Of a stretch of 62,029 bases of DNA, positions 17,458 through 26,850 are shown piece after piece. The position numbers and the translations under genes were made by a program. How positions within the stretch are numbered: position 1 is the stretch's first letter; every line of letters starts with the position of its first letter. Below the pieces are notes generated by a model. It was given only the letters and a program-made list of their open reading frames with translations. It was not told where the DNA came from and did no database searches. Source of the DNA: a virus (lineage: Duplodnaviria; Caudoviricetes); the IMG/VR virus record IMGVR_UViG_3300044980_000053, positions 1 through 62,029 of that record. One strand, 5' to 3'.

Positions 17458-19440
17458 ATGGAAATTACAGTTCGTATTGGTGCGGCTAGCAATGGAACCC
17501 CTGTGTTCACGTGCGCAAGCCAGCACCAGGCTCTTGGAAGAGTATTCGGCGCGGTCTATGATGACAAGCGATGTCTCTGGATGATGCCAGCATTCTGGCC
17601 GGCGTCCGAGCTCACGCTCAATGACCTCGAGGTCCTGTCCAAGAGTCTCCCGATAGTACTGTCGGACAGCGCTAAGCGGCATGTCGCAGATCTCGATAAC
17701 CACAAGAAAAGTCTAGCAGAACGGGCTCTTCCGGCAGGGTTTGACTTCGTCACTAAACCATATGATCATCAGATCCTTGGGCTCTGTCACGCGTGGTGGT
17801 GCCTGCGCTCGGCACTGTTCTATGAGGCCGGACTTGGCAAGAGTAAGATCGCTACGGACCTCATTCGCTTGATGAAGCACCAGGGCTCTCAGAAGTCAAC
17901 ACTAGTCCTTGGACCTTTGGTCACGATTACCAACTGGGGACGAGAGATCGATAGGCATTCTGGTGGGCAGCTGACTTGGCGAGCTCTTCGTGGCGATCCG
18001 GTAGAGCGCGCAGCCATCCTTGATGAAATCAAGGAGACTCGCCCCGATGTAGTTCTAGCGACTTATGACACCGCGCGTATAGACACTGATGCGATGATAG
18101 AGACGCTAGATTACGATACGATCGTTGCTGATGAGTCTCACAACTTAAAGGCGGCCGATTCTCAACGCTCTATTGCTGCAAGAGAGCTGGCCATAAAAGC
18201 GTCTCGTCGAGTCATAATGACTGGTACCTCAAGTTCTGGAGATCCTCGCGACATTTTCGGTCAGTTTAAGTTCTTAGGTGAGTGCTTCATGCCAGAGAAC
18301 GCCTGGCAGTTTAAGCGCAAATTCCTGGTAACGCCTGGTCCCAACTCACATGTCGTACTCGGGTTCAAGAACCTCAACATCTTGAATAAGCGTGTGACGG
18401 CTCTCTCCATCAACAAGACCAAAGAAGAGTGTCTAGACCTTCCTGAGCAAACGATAGTAGACGTCAGCTACCAGCTCTCTAGGAGACAGAGAGTAATTCA
18501 TAATCAGCTGGTCGAGGACATGACGATAAATCCCGTCATGATGGAGCTCCTCATGTTCGGTGACGCGAGGACTCTGCCTCCCGCAGCACAGCTTCCTCAC
18601 AGAGCTGCCGTTCTGACAAAGGCCCTCCAGGTCGCGTCAGGATTCCTGATCACCAAGGCGCAGGTTGAGGGCGAAGAGGACACAGTTACGCGGTTAGAGG
18701 AGAATCCAAAATTAGACGCCGCCATGGAGAAGTTGCACGAGGTCTTAGACGGTACTAAGAACAAGATCATCATATGGTGCTGGTTCAAGATCGAGATGGA
18801 CTTGATCCAGGAGAGGCTAGCTGAGGAGGGTTGGGACTACGTCAGAGTAGACGGCGACAACAGCTCTCAAGCTCAAGAGCTCATTGATGAATTCGGCGCA
18901 GATGATGGTAAAAGAGTTTACCTCAGTCAAGTATCAACCGGCGTCGGCGTGACCATCAACATGGCCACATACATGATGTACTACTCGATGCCGTTCTCCC
19001 TGATTCAATATTCTCAGTCACTGGACCGCAATCACCGAATTGGTCAGCAGCACAAAACTACCGTGTTCAGGATGTTGGGCGACGGCACGCCAGAGCCGAC
19101 GATAGCCAGACTTTTAGATGCCAAGGAGAGCGTAGACACTGCGCTCACCAAGCGCATGGACTGCATGGCGTGTCCGCATAGCGCGCGGTGCATTCCAGCA
19201 GGTGTCATGCCCTTCGACACTGCTTGTATCTACAAGCGCGCTATCGCGCGTCCCGTCACCGTTGCAAACCCGATCGACCTGTCGTATGATCCCGATCATG
19301 AAAATTCGAATGACCTTCGACCGCGAGGATATCAAGACCCTCATTGCGGAGCATCTGAGACTCAAGGGGATCAAGGTGGAGCTCTCGTCGATGAAGCTCA
19401 AGGGCTCAGTGACGGTGACCGTGGAGGTCGACGGAGCTGA
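17458..19440 (+). CDS. SNF2-family (SF2) helicase
   Basis: EAGLGKS, DESH, MTGT, QSLDRNHRIGQ motifs; C-terminal Cys cluster. Confidence 0.9.
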   Translation: MEITVRIGAASNGTPVFTCASQHQALGRVFGAVYDDKRCLWMMPAFWPASELTLNDLEVLSKSLPIVLSDSAKRHVADLDNHKKSLAERALPAGFDFVTKPYDHQILGLCHAWWCLRSALFYEAGLGKSKIATDLIRLMKHQGSQKSTLVLGPLVTITNWGREIDRHSGGQLTWRALRGDPVERAAILDEIKETRPDVVLATYDTARIDTDAMIETLDYDTIVADESHNLKAADSQRSIAARELAIKASRRVIMTGTSSSGDPRDIFGQFKFLGECFMPENAWQFKRKFLVTPGPNSHVVLGFKNLNILNKRVTALSINKTKEECLDLPEQTIVDVSYQLSRRQRVIHNQLVEDMTINPVMMELLMFGDARTLPPAAQLPHRAAVLTKALQVASGFLITKAQVEGEEDTVTRLEENPKLDAAMEKLHEVLDGTKNKIIIWCWFKIEMDLIQERLAEEGWDYVRVDGDNSSQAQELIDEFGADDGKRVYLSQVSTGVGVTINMATYMMYYSMPFSLIQYSQSLDRNHRIGQQHKTTVFRMLGDGTPEPTIARLLDAKESVDTALTKRMDCMACPHSARCIPAGVMPFDTACIYKRAIARPVTVANPIDLSYDPDHENSNDLRPRGYQDPHCGASETQGDQGGALVDEAQGLSDGDRGGRRS

Positions 19441-19687
19441 GATCGAAGAAGAGGGCCCGCAGTCTAGCCCTCCGTATGATTCGGGAGAGAAGGAACCTCC
19501 TGCACTAGAGCCTCTCACTCCGCAGGAAAAGAACATCACTGATATCAAGGCAGCCTCAGCTGCTCTGATGGACAAGAAGCCGGGTCTGTACGGAGAACCA
19601 GCGCGCTCTTCACTGGCAGGCGCTATGAGTGAGGAGGAGGCGAGGGCCTTCTTGACTAATGGCGGCGGACGATCGTCTGGACGATAA
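19298..19687 (+). CDS. Hypothetical protein (start probably 19298, MKIRMTFDREDIK)
   Basis: Protein-like composition from this Met; overlaps the helicase 3' end. Confidence 0.6.
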   Translation: MKIRMTFDREDIKTLIAEHLRLKGIKVELSSMKLKGSVTVTVEVDGAEIEEEGPQSSPPYDSGEKEPPALEPLTPQEKNITDIKAASAALMDKKPGLYGEPARSSLAGAMSEEEARAFLTNGGGRSSGR

Positions 19688-19717
19688 CAACAAAGCATTC
19701 TTAGCGAGTTAACGCCA

Positions 19718-19957
19718 ATGGGTGAAACACGAACAATTGAAGAATTGATCGACGCGCTTGGCGTCGACGAGTATATGCGAGAGCAGTTCGATACTGACCG
19801 TGCTCGCCTAACCGCGCGTCTTTGCGCCAAGCACGGCGTCAACGAAGCCGAAATCGATACGTTGATTAGAGACCATCGCTATGAGCACTCAGGCGAGGAT
19901 CCTGAAGACGATTACATGCACGTCATGGCGATGGGCCGCGCGGCCGGATGGGTGTAG
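19718..19957 (+). CDS. Hypothetical protein
   Basis: 79 aa ORF in the plus-strand run. Confidence 0.6.
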   Translation: MGETRTIEELIDALGVDEYMREQFDTDRARLTARLCAKHGVNEAEIDTLIRDHRYEHSGEDPEDDYMHVMAMGRAAGWV

Positions 19958-19978
19958 TTAGGCGACGGCCAGATAAAC

Positions 19979-20170
19979 ATGCAACAAAGGATACGTATGA
20001 CACCGCATGAGATCATCAAGTTTCGACGCGACGTTCAACAACAGTCAGGTGTTCCCGAGGAACACAAAAAAGAAGACCGCAAGCACTGCTTGAAGAATCT
20101 TCGCAAGCAGACCCGACGTCAGAGGCACGCTGCGCGTCAGCGCCTGAAGAAGCGCCGGGGCTGGGCGTGA
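19979..20170 (+). CDS. Small basic hypothetical protein
   Basis: 63 aa, Arg/Lys-rich, tightly packed. Confidence 0.5.
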   Translation: MQQRIRMTPHEIIKFRRDVQQQSGVPEEHKKEDRKHCLKNLRKQTRRQRHAARQRLKKRRGWA

Positions 20171-20171
20171 G

Positions 20172-20414
20172 ATGTGGCTAGAAATCGTGGAACACGAGGG
20201 GCGTAAGTACGTTAGAGCTTCGTGTTCTATGCCGCCTGCAGACGAGTACGACGATTCTTACGACGAAGAAGCCGTAATCTGTCTCAAGTGCGGCAAGGAC
20301 GGTAAGTGGTACAACACCGTGAAGCACGATAAGACCTGTCACTCGAAACAGCGCAAGAAGAAGGTGAAGAGTGAGCAACGACGAAAGAGGGCGAAAGCTC
20401 TTAGCTCGCGATGA
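20172..20414 (+). CDS. Small hypothetical protein with CxxC/H-C motif
   Basis: CLKC...HDKTC; packed between neighbours. Confidence 0.55.
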   Translation: MWLEIVEHEGRKYVRASCSMPPADEYDDSYDEEAVICLKCGKDGKWYNTVKHDKTCHSKQRKKKVKSEQRRKRAKALSSR

Positions 20415-21417
20415 GTTTCGCGAGGCCGTCTTCACGAGAGACGGTCGCATATGCGTCATATGCAGATCGCCGGCTATGGACGCTCACCACATACTCGAGC
20501 GCAAGCTCTGGTCAGACGGAGGCTACTACACGGACAACGGCGCATCGGTTTGCGCCGGTTGCCATCTAAAAGCAGAGACAACAGAAATCTCGTGCGAGGA
20601 GCTTAGAGAGAAGTGCGGGATCACTCGTCCTATCTTGCCTGAGCACTTGTACAGAGACGAGCGCTATGACAAGTGGGGCAACGTCATCCTGCCTAATGGG
20701 CAGCGCATACGCGGCGAGCTCATGGAAGACGGCAGCGTGCAGAAGATCCTGGCGTCTTACATGCACTTGTTCACTGGCAGGGTGAAGTATCCGAGGACCT
20801 ACCACCTCCCGTGGAGCCCGGGTTACACTGACGATGACCGAGTCATGAAAGACCCAGATGCGTGCTTTGGGCAAGCCGAAGTCGTTGTGACCGAGAAGAT
20901 GGACGGCGAGTGCACGACGATGTATCCGGACGGCATACATGCCAGGAGCACGGAGTATTCTCCTCATCCGTCCCGAGATAGAGTGCGTGCTCTACACGCT
21001 TCGATCGCGCACGACATCCCCGCGGGGTGGCGCCTGTGCGGAGAGAACCTCTACGCTGTTCACAGCCTCGAGTACGACTCGTTGCCGTCCTTCTTCCTGT
21101 TGTTCTCTGTCTGGGATCAACGGAACGAGTGCCTCTCGTGGGCTGATACTAAACTGTGGGCAACGCTTCTAGGACTAAAAACGGTCCCCGTGCTATACCA
21201 GGGAACCTGGGATCCGAAAGAGATTCGGCGTCTCGGTGGTGACGTAGCTACCAGTGTGTATGGCACTAAGCGCGAAGGTTACGTCGTACGAACAACAAAT
21301 GGTTTTCACTACAAGGACTTCCGAAACAAGATTGCTAAGTATGTTCGAAAGGACCATGTGGTATCACACGGTCATTGGATGCATCAAACGGTTCGTCCTA
21401 ACGGAATAAAGGAATAA
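20371..21417 (+). CDS. HNH nuclease domain fused to ATP-dependent RNA ligase
   Basis: N-terminal CVIC...DAHHI...NGASVCAGCH; ligase motifs KYPRTYHLPWS, TEKMDG (motif I), EGYVVR, AKYVR. Confidence 0.85.
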   Translation: MSNDERGRKLLARDEFREAVFTRDGRICVICRSPAMDAHHILERKLWSDGGYYTDNGASVCAGCHLKAETTEISCEELREKCGITRPILPEHLYRDERYDKWGNVILPNGQRIRGELMEDGSVQKILASYMHLFTGRVKYPRTYHLPWSPGYTDDDRVMKDPDACFGQAEVVVTEKMDGECTTMYPDGIHARSTEYSPHPSRDRVRALHASIAHDIPAGWRLCGENLYAVHSLEYDSLPSFFLLFSVWDQRNECLSWADTKLWATLLGLKTVPVLYQGTWDPKEIRRLGGDVATSVYGTKREGYVVRTTNGFHYKDFRNKIAKYVRKDHVVSHGHWMHQTVRPNGIKE

Positions 21418-21421
21418 CGCA

Positions 21422-21763
21422 ATGAGAAAACACAAAGTCAAGAAGACCCGCAAAGAGTACGTCGTATTTCTGTGCCAGAACAAGAAGTGTGAGTTCTTCG
21501 GCAAGCCGACCGTCCAGGGCGTTTGTCATCGGGAAGATCCTGATGTGATCGACTACAAGAAGCTCGATAAACAGGAGAAAGAAGCTCGAGAGACAATCAA
21601 GTGGCTGAAGAAGAAGTTTCCTGGTAAGAAGTACGTCAAGGCGCTCGAGTCTTATTACGAGTGCGCCTGGATCAACTGGTCCAGCTCGCTGGATGAGACG
21701 ATTTATCTTCGCATGCAGAACGCGCGTATGCGCCTCAAGAGACGCACTGCTCACAAGCGATAG
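21422..21763 (+). CDS. Hypothetical basic protein
   Basis: 113 aa ORF with AGGA SD. Confidence 0.6.
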   Translation: MRKHKVKKTRKEYVVFLCQNKKCEFFGKPTVQGVCHREDPDVIDYKKLDKQEKEARETIKWLKKKFPGKKYVKALESYYECAWINWSSSLDETIYLRMQNARMRLKRRTAHKR

Positions 21764-21772
21764 GAGTACCGT

Positions 21773-22042
21773 ATGGAGACTCTCAGAGTAACACTGCCGA
21801 CGGGTATCGAGGCGGCACAGGACACCGTGGAGTTTCAGTACTTCCAAGAGAACAACCTGTGGTACCGCCTGAAGACCTCAGGCTTTCACTTTCCCATTCC
21901 AGTCAGCGACACTAATGAAGGTATCTTCAAGGCCACCATGAAGGGCATCGAAGTGCTTCGCTGGGTCAGACATCATGTCGAGTTCATCAAGAACTCTATG
22001 GAGTCTGAATCAATCAACGCAACTAAGACAGGACAAGAATGA
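21773..22042 (+). CDS. Hypothetical protein
   Basis: 89 aa; AGGAG SD; ATGA overlap with the next gene. Confidence 0.7.
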   Translation: METLRVTLPTGIEAAQDTVEFQYFQENNLWYRLKTSGFHFPIPVSDTNEGIFKATMKGIEVLRWVRHHVEFIKNSMESESINATKTGQE

Positions 22043-22959
22043 GCGCATCCGGTGTAGAAGAGCTAGATGCTCTTCTAGACCCCGAGATAGAAGTTCACGA
22101 GCAGCTCGAACCAGATCTCGTTGATATTCTACCACGAGGGTACCTATCAATATCCCAGGCGACGCGCTTCCTCAAGTGCGCGCATCAGTGGAAGTTGATA
22201 TACGTAGACGGCAAGCCTCAAAAGACGACTATTCGCATGATGAACGGCACGTTCGTTCATGCAGCGGTAGAGAAGGTGCTCGAGGCTCGTTTAGAAACGG
22301 GTGCAACTCCCTCCTTGGAGTTGGCAACAGACGCGTACTCAGACGTTTTCGAGAAGAACAAAGTTCTTGTGGAAGAGTGGGAAGGTCAAGAACCAGGCTC
22401 CGCCAAAGACACGGGGATTCGCTGTACGACGACTTTCCACCAGAAAGTCGCGCCGTCTTCTACGCCTATCGCGGTAGAGCGTGAATTTAGAATCACCGTG
22501 AGTACCGAGGACGGTAAAGTAAGACTGCCCGTCATGGGGCGCATAGACTCCGTTCAAGCACAGGTCATGTCAGAAGAGGACTATCAACGCATCCGAGAAG
22601 ACTTAAATAAAGGCAAACAGGTCAAGGTACTTCAGAGACTACACGACCTAAAAGTGTCGACGGATAAGTGGACAAAAGACGATCTCGTCAATGACCTGCA
22701 GTTCGCTGTATACGCTCACGCGGAGCAGACGCCTGATATCCAAATAGACAACATTCACTACGGTCGGAGTAAGGTACCCAATCCTAGATATGAAGCGATT
22801 GATACCGTCATCAGTCGAAAGCAAGCGGATCACGCGCTAGACGTATTAAAGGGCGTGGCTCAGGGTATCTCGAGCGGCGTATTTCCCATGACTGACCCGA
22901 GCAATTGGTTCTGCTCTGAGAAGTGGTGTTCCGTGTGGAAACACTGTAGAGGTAAGTAA
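22039..22959 (+). CDS. PD-(D/E)XK RecB/Cas4-like exonuclease
   Basis: SISQ...C, GTFVH, GRID...DLK, QFAVY, C-terminal CxxxxC..C (Fe-S type). Confidence 0.85.
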   Translation: MSASGVEELDALLDPEIEVHEQLEPDLVDILPRGYLSISQATRFLKCAHQWKLIYVDGKPQKTTIRMMNGTFVHAAVEKVLEARLETGATPSLELATDAYSDVFEKNKVLVEEWEGQEPGSAKDTGIRCTTTFHQKVAPSSTPIAVEREFRITVSTEDGKVRLPVMGRIDSVQAQVMSEEDYQRIREDLNKGKQVKVLQRLHDLKVSTDKWTKDDLVNDLQFAVYAHAEQTPDIQIDNIHYGRSKVPNPRYEAIDTVISRKQADHALDVLKGVAQGISSGVFPMTDPSNWFCSEKWCSVWKHCRGK

Positions 22960-23249
22960 TGCCGATAGAAGACTACGAGTTTAAGCAACTCGAACAAGAA
23001 CTAGAGCGTCTCAAGTCTGACCACGAGTACGAGATCAGCTGCCTCAATAGTCGAGTAAAAGAACTAGAGATTGTGGTAGAGAGGCTCATCGCTGCGGCTA
23101 AGAGACCAAGAACGGCGCGAGAGGCTGCAGACATGACCTTCGTCCCATGGCCTACGGATAAGCACGTCAGGTATAACGGAGCAGGCCAGCCGTGCGATAT
23201 GTGGACTGGCCCTTGCGCATGCGGCGCTTTCCATGTAGAAGGTGTGTAA
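22959..23249 (+). CDS. Hypothetical coiled-coil protein with C-terminal C/H motif
   Basis: TAATG overlaps on both sides; PCDMWTGPCACGAFH. Confidence 0.65.
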   Translation: MPIEDYEFKQLEQELERLKSDHEYEISCLNSRVKELEIVVERLIAAAKRPRTAREAADMTFVPWPTDKHVRYNGAGQPCDMWTGPCACGAFHVEGV

Positions 23250-23677
23250 TGAAACACCTACTTCTCGCCGCCATTGTCGCCCTATTCGTTTCTCCTGCCT
23301 ATGGTCAGGACAGCAATAAATCTGTTGCAGGTCACTTTGAGAGGATCTCTGATTGGCACTATCTTGCCGCAGACCCTTCCGTGCCTCAGTGCGGAGGGAA
23401 GGTTATGAGCGACGAGTTGGACGCGATCAGCGAGATGTCCGAATTTACGGTCACCGCGGCGGTTCTTACTACCAATTGGAATGACCAATTCTATTGGGTG
23501 AAAGAGGCGCAAGCGTACGTTGAATTGAACCCGGTTCCAGAGTCAAAGACGGGCGAAGTCTGGGTCTACGGTTTCGTGCTCAACCAAGAGATGATCGCGT
23601 TTGAAATGCAGCACTACGACAACAAGAAACTAACCTGTGTAGACGCGTGGATGGCGCGACTAAAGAAGGACAAGTGA
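23249..23677 (+). CDS. Predicted secreted/periplasmic protein
   Basis: True start likely ATG 23249: MKHLLLAAIVALFVSPAYG-QD signal peptide; two Cys. Confidence 0.7.
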   Translation: MKHLLLAAIVALFVSPAYGQDSNKSVAGHFERISDWHYLAADPSVPQCGGKVMSDELDAISEMSEFTVTAAVLTTNWNDQFYWVKEAQAYVELNPVPESKTGEVWVYGFVLNQEMIAFEMQHYDNKKLTCVDAWMARLKKDK

Positions 23678-23973
23678 GTGTAGATCCATTCGATACTCCG
23701 AACGAGCCGTTTTACATCCCTGAGGAGCTGAAGCGAGCCGTTAAGGATATCGTATACGAGCTCCTAAGGGCTACGGCCAACCATGGCCCGATGTACTCAG
23801 CGCACGAGGGCCATTCGATCATAGAAGAAGAGTATGAGGAGCTCAAGGAGCACGTGTTCACCAAACAGGGACGTCGTGACGTTGAGGCCATGCGAGCTGA
23901 GGCTGTTCAACTAGGAGCCATGGCCCTTCGGTTCATTATAGACATCGTTGATTCGGGGAATGGACAGCGCTAG
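23674..23973 (+). CDS. MazG-like nucleotide pyrophosphohydrolase (putative)
   Basis: SAHEGHSIIEEEYEEL...EAVQLGAMALRF acidic all-alpha pattern; GTGA overlap start. Confidence 0.5.
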   Translation: MSVDPFDTPNEPFYIPEELKRAVKDIVYELLRATANHGPMYSAHEGHSIIEEEYEELKEHVFTKQGRRDVEAMRAEAVQLGAMALRFIIDIVDSGNGQR

Positions 23974-24010
23974 CAACAGAAACTCTCTTTCTGTGGTAAA
24001 AGGATTTGCG

Positions 24011-24175
24011 ATGGAAAAACTAGGTGTATTGATCCCCGGTTCAGATGGAACCAAGGCCTCGGAAGACCTCACGGTCAAACCCAAATGCGCCAAGTGCCGT
24101 CGTGAGCTAGACCCGGACACCAACGTCCCCAAGTGTGCCGTTTGCGGAACCCTCCCAGCCGAGGAAAAGGAATGA
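24011..24175 (+). CDS. Small Zn-ribbon protein
   Basis: MEKLGV...CAKC...CAVCGT; AAGGA SD before ATG 24011. Confidence 0.65.
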   Translation: MEKLGVLIPGSDGTKASEDLTVKPKCAKCRRELDPDTNVPKCAVCGTLPAEEKE

Positions 24176-24176
24176 C

Positions 24177-24428
24177 GTGCCGGGTAAAACGAAGTCTCCT
24201 GGCGCAGCCAGCCCAAATCAAAAAGTTACCGCTGACATAGCGGGACGACTCAAGAATATACGGGCATTGTGGCTCGCGGTATACAACGATCCAGAGCACA
24301 CCCTGGCAGAGGTGGCCGTTGAGGTCTACGACAAGATCGGGGAGCTGCTAGAGGGCAAGAGCCTAGAGCAGCTAACGTATTACAACATCGACAGAGACAG
24401 AGTTCTCAAGAACCTTAAGGAGTTCTGA
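24177..24428 (+). CDS. Hypothetical protein
   Basis: Track ORF 24135-24428; likely GTG start at 24177 after AAGGA. Confidence 0.55.
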   Translation: MPGKTKSPGAASPNQKVTADIAGRLKNIRALWLAVYNDPEHTLAEVAVEVYDKIGELLEGKSLEQLTYYNIDRDRVLKNLKEF

Positions 24429-24431
24429 CAG

Positions 24432-24599
24432 ATGCCTCTATTGAAACTGCGGAAGCTCAGCTTCCGTAGGATAGTCACGCTCGTCGTGCGCCTAGTCGCC
24501 ACGGCAGTTCTGTTCTTTACGAGCGGCAATGTTGCGCTGAAGTCGATGGCCAAAAGTGCCGTCGGCGAAATTATCAATGACGTTCTTGGTTTCGCGTGA
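24432..24599 (+). CDS. Small membrane peptide (55 aa, below the track cutoff)
   Basis: MPLLKLRKLSFRRIVTLVVRLVATAVLFFTSG...; AAGGAG SD; GTGA overlap with the next gene. Confidence 0.6.
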   Translation: MPLLKLRKLSFRRIVTLVVRLVATAVLFFTSGNVALKSMAKSAVGEIINDVLGFA

Positions 24600-25081
24600 C
24601 TCTAGAAGAGTTCCTAATCGCCCAACGCGACGAAGACGCAGAGCCAAACAAAGACGTTCAAGACGTTGGTGTTACCATCGAAGTGAGAGAGACGGCTTCG
24701 CCTCGTCTTGTCTCGAATCTCACGAAATTGCAGCGCCTGGGCCTCCTAAACGGAGACGCGTTGCTATCGATCGTTGGGCAGGCGCCTCTAGATCCTCTGA
24801 ATCTAGCGGGAGTGATTATGGATCGTCAGCCTGCGGGCTGGACGTTCAGCGCTCCCGACTGCTCTATGTTTCGCGTTCTAGCTAGAGACGAGAAGGATGC
24901 CGTGTCTGCGGCTATTCGTGTCGATCTCCTGGACAACTCCGTTGATACACTGGTAGCCAATAAGGCGCGACAGTTGACCGTGTATAAGCACTACGAGCCA
25001 GAGGGCAAAAGTGTCCTCGAAGATATCCAGAAGATGTGTGACGAGGCCGTGCAGGCCGCTGCTAGGGAAGCATTATCATGA
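24596..25081 (+). CDS. Hypothetical protein
   Basis: 161 aa; overlaps both neighbours by 4 nt. Confidence 0.65.
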   Translation: MTLEEFLIAQRDEDAEPNKDVQDVGVTIEVRETASPRLVSNLTKLQRLGLLNGDALLSIVGQAPLDPLNLAGVIMDRQPAGWTFSAPDCSMFRVLARDEKDAVSAAIRVDLLDNSVDTLVANKARQLTVYKHYEPEGKSVLEDIQKMCDEAVQAAAREALS

Positions 25082-25356
25082 ATAACGAAGCCGCGCTTCA
25101 AACAGAATACGTAGAAAACGACATAGGCGAAAGCCCTTATCGAGAAGCGCCTCGATCAGCACACATATACGACGCAGGGTCTCTCACGATCGATTTTCGT
25201 GAGGTAGTAGCCGTGTGGGCTTATGACCAGAAGTCTAGTAAAGACCCCGGCATAATAATCATATTTCGCAGCGGCCTGGAGCGTAAGTTCAACGGCACGT
25301 CTGTTACCAAAGACATTCCGCGCGCATATAAGGACTACATCCTAGGACGCAGATAA
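25078..25356 (+). CDS. Hypothetical protein
   Basis: 92 aa, ATGA-coupled. Confidence 0.65.
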   Translation: MNNEAALQTEYVENDIGESPYREAPRSAHIYDAGSLTIDFREVVAVWAYDQKSSKDPGIIIIFRSGLERKFNGTSVTKDIPRAYKDYILGRR

Positions 25357-25429
25357 TTCAGGTTATTGATCGACTGAGCATGTTGTTCAGTTGATCCAGT
25401 AAAGAAGCAACAGAAAGACAGAGAAAGAC

Positions 25430-25900
25430 ATGCAAGCACGTAACTGCGATCACTTGTTTCAGCGTTTCACGTTTCAGAAGACCACCACGGAGATCATCGA
25501 CAAGGCCAAGGCCAAGATCTCACAGCTCCAGAGCAAGATGGAGGAGCGTCAGTCGCGTATTCGCGATCTCCGAGAGTCCTACAAGATCTCGGACGCCGCG
25601 TTCGTCGACATCCTAGGCAAGATGCGCGAGAACATGCAGAAGGGCGGCTTCGTGCAAAACTACAGCACGAGCAGCACGGACAACCACGGTAACACCCGCG
25701 AGATCACGGTGGGCGCAGGTGTCGTCAACCACCTCCTGACGGAGAACGACTACATCACGGCAGAGCGTGAATCAGTCGAGCGGCTGACGTTTATCGTCAA
25801 CAACTTGCGTGATGGCCAGCACACGTCGGACACCGGTACGAAGTATACCGATCAGTGGCACACGCTGTCGTTTGCGGAGCTCGAGTACCTCGAGTTCTAA
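25430..25900 (+). CDS. Hypothetical coiled-coil protein
   Basis: 156 aa; purine-rich leader; GC3-rich codons. Confidence 0.75.
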   Translation: MQARNCDHLFQRFTFQKTTTEIIDKAKAKISQLQSKMEERQSRIRDLRESYKISDAAFVDILGKMRENMQKGGFVQNYSTSSTDNHGNTREITVGAGVVNHLLTENDYITAERESVERLTFIVNNLRDGQHTSDTGTKYTDQWHTLSFAELEYLEF

Positions 25901-25906
25901 CCGAGG

Positions 25907-26698
25907 TTACAGGGCTAACTGAAGAAGCTCCTCCGCGACCTCGTCACTAAGAGTCTCGCGGAGAAGTTTTAATCCACGCATCTTAGCCTGGCGAATCTCC
26001 TCCGGTGTCAAGCCCATAAGAGATGCTATCTGCGATAGGTTCTTGGATTCTCCTCTGAACCCAAAGAACAACTTCAAAACAACGGCTTCTAGGTTAGGTA
26101 GACCCGCAAGGATCTTTTCAATCGCTTCCCTCCGCTCATCCGCACTGGCCGCGTCGACACGGGAATCAGCGCCTCCTCGCGCAAACTCCTCGTCGTCTAC
26201 CGACTCCAGCGCGGCCCCGTCACAGTAAGGTATCATGCCAGCAACGGCATCGGCCTCTGGTGAAGCTACTCCAGTCGCGTCTGCGACTCTCTTAGCGCGA
26301 GCGGCTCTGCGATATTCTTTCTGCCGGTGTGTAGGAACATGAACGAGACTAGATGTCGCGTAATCATGGTCCGACATCTCCTTGTGGACCCACCATCCAG
26401 CATACGTTAGGAACTTGATAGGTGGTTTTCTCTCGCAGTCGAAACGGTCAATTGCCTTGAGCAATCCTAGGTTTCCTACCGCTATATAATCCTGCACTGC
26501 GACAGGATCTTTTGTTCTCTTGTGTGCTTGTCTGACAACAAATTTCAGGTGACTCTGTACAACAGCGTCTCTGGATTTGTAGTCCTTGTTCTGCTGCCAT
26601 AGACGAATTAATCGTCGTTCTTCAGCAGCATCTCGCACAACAGGCGTGCGACCAATTTCGTTGTAATAGAGAACAGCAGGCGATGGTCCATCCGACAC
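25907..26698 (-). CDS. Sigma70-family RNA polymerase sigma factor
   Basis: Region 1.2 (YYNEIGRTP...EERRL), region 2 (DYIAVGNLGLLKAIDRFD...KFLTYAGWWV), region 4 HTH (NLSQIASLMGLTPEEIRQ). Confidence 0.9.
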   Translation of the reverse strand: MSDGPSPAVLYYNEIGRTPVVRDAAEERRLIRLWQQNKDYKSRDAVVQSHLKFVVRQAHKRTKDPVAVQDYIAVGNLGLLKAIDRFDCERKPPIKFLTYAGWWVHKEMSDHDYATSSLVHVPTHRQKEYRRAARAKRVADATGVASPEADAVAGMIPYCDGAALESVDDEEFARGGADSRVDAASADERREAIEKILAGLPNLEAVVLKLFFGFRGESKNLSQIASLMGLTPEEIRQAKMRGLKLLRETLSDEVAEELLQLAL

Positions 26699-26772
26699 AT
26701 GTAAAATCTACCACGCTCACGGGCGCTTAGCGCGAGTCTATATGAGCATGAAAAAAAGTTGCATGAACGCGC

Positions 26773-26800
26773 TTGACACGGGGGCACTTCAGCCTATGAT
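26773..26800 (+). promoter_or_regulatory. Sigma70-like promoter TTGACA-N16-TATGAT
   Basis: Near-consensus hexamers in the divergent intergenic region upstream of 26851. Confidence 0.7.
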
Positions 26801-26850
26801 CTGCCCACTCGCGCTACGCGAGGAATCAACCACGAAGGAATAAAGCAGTA

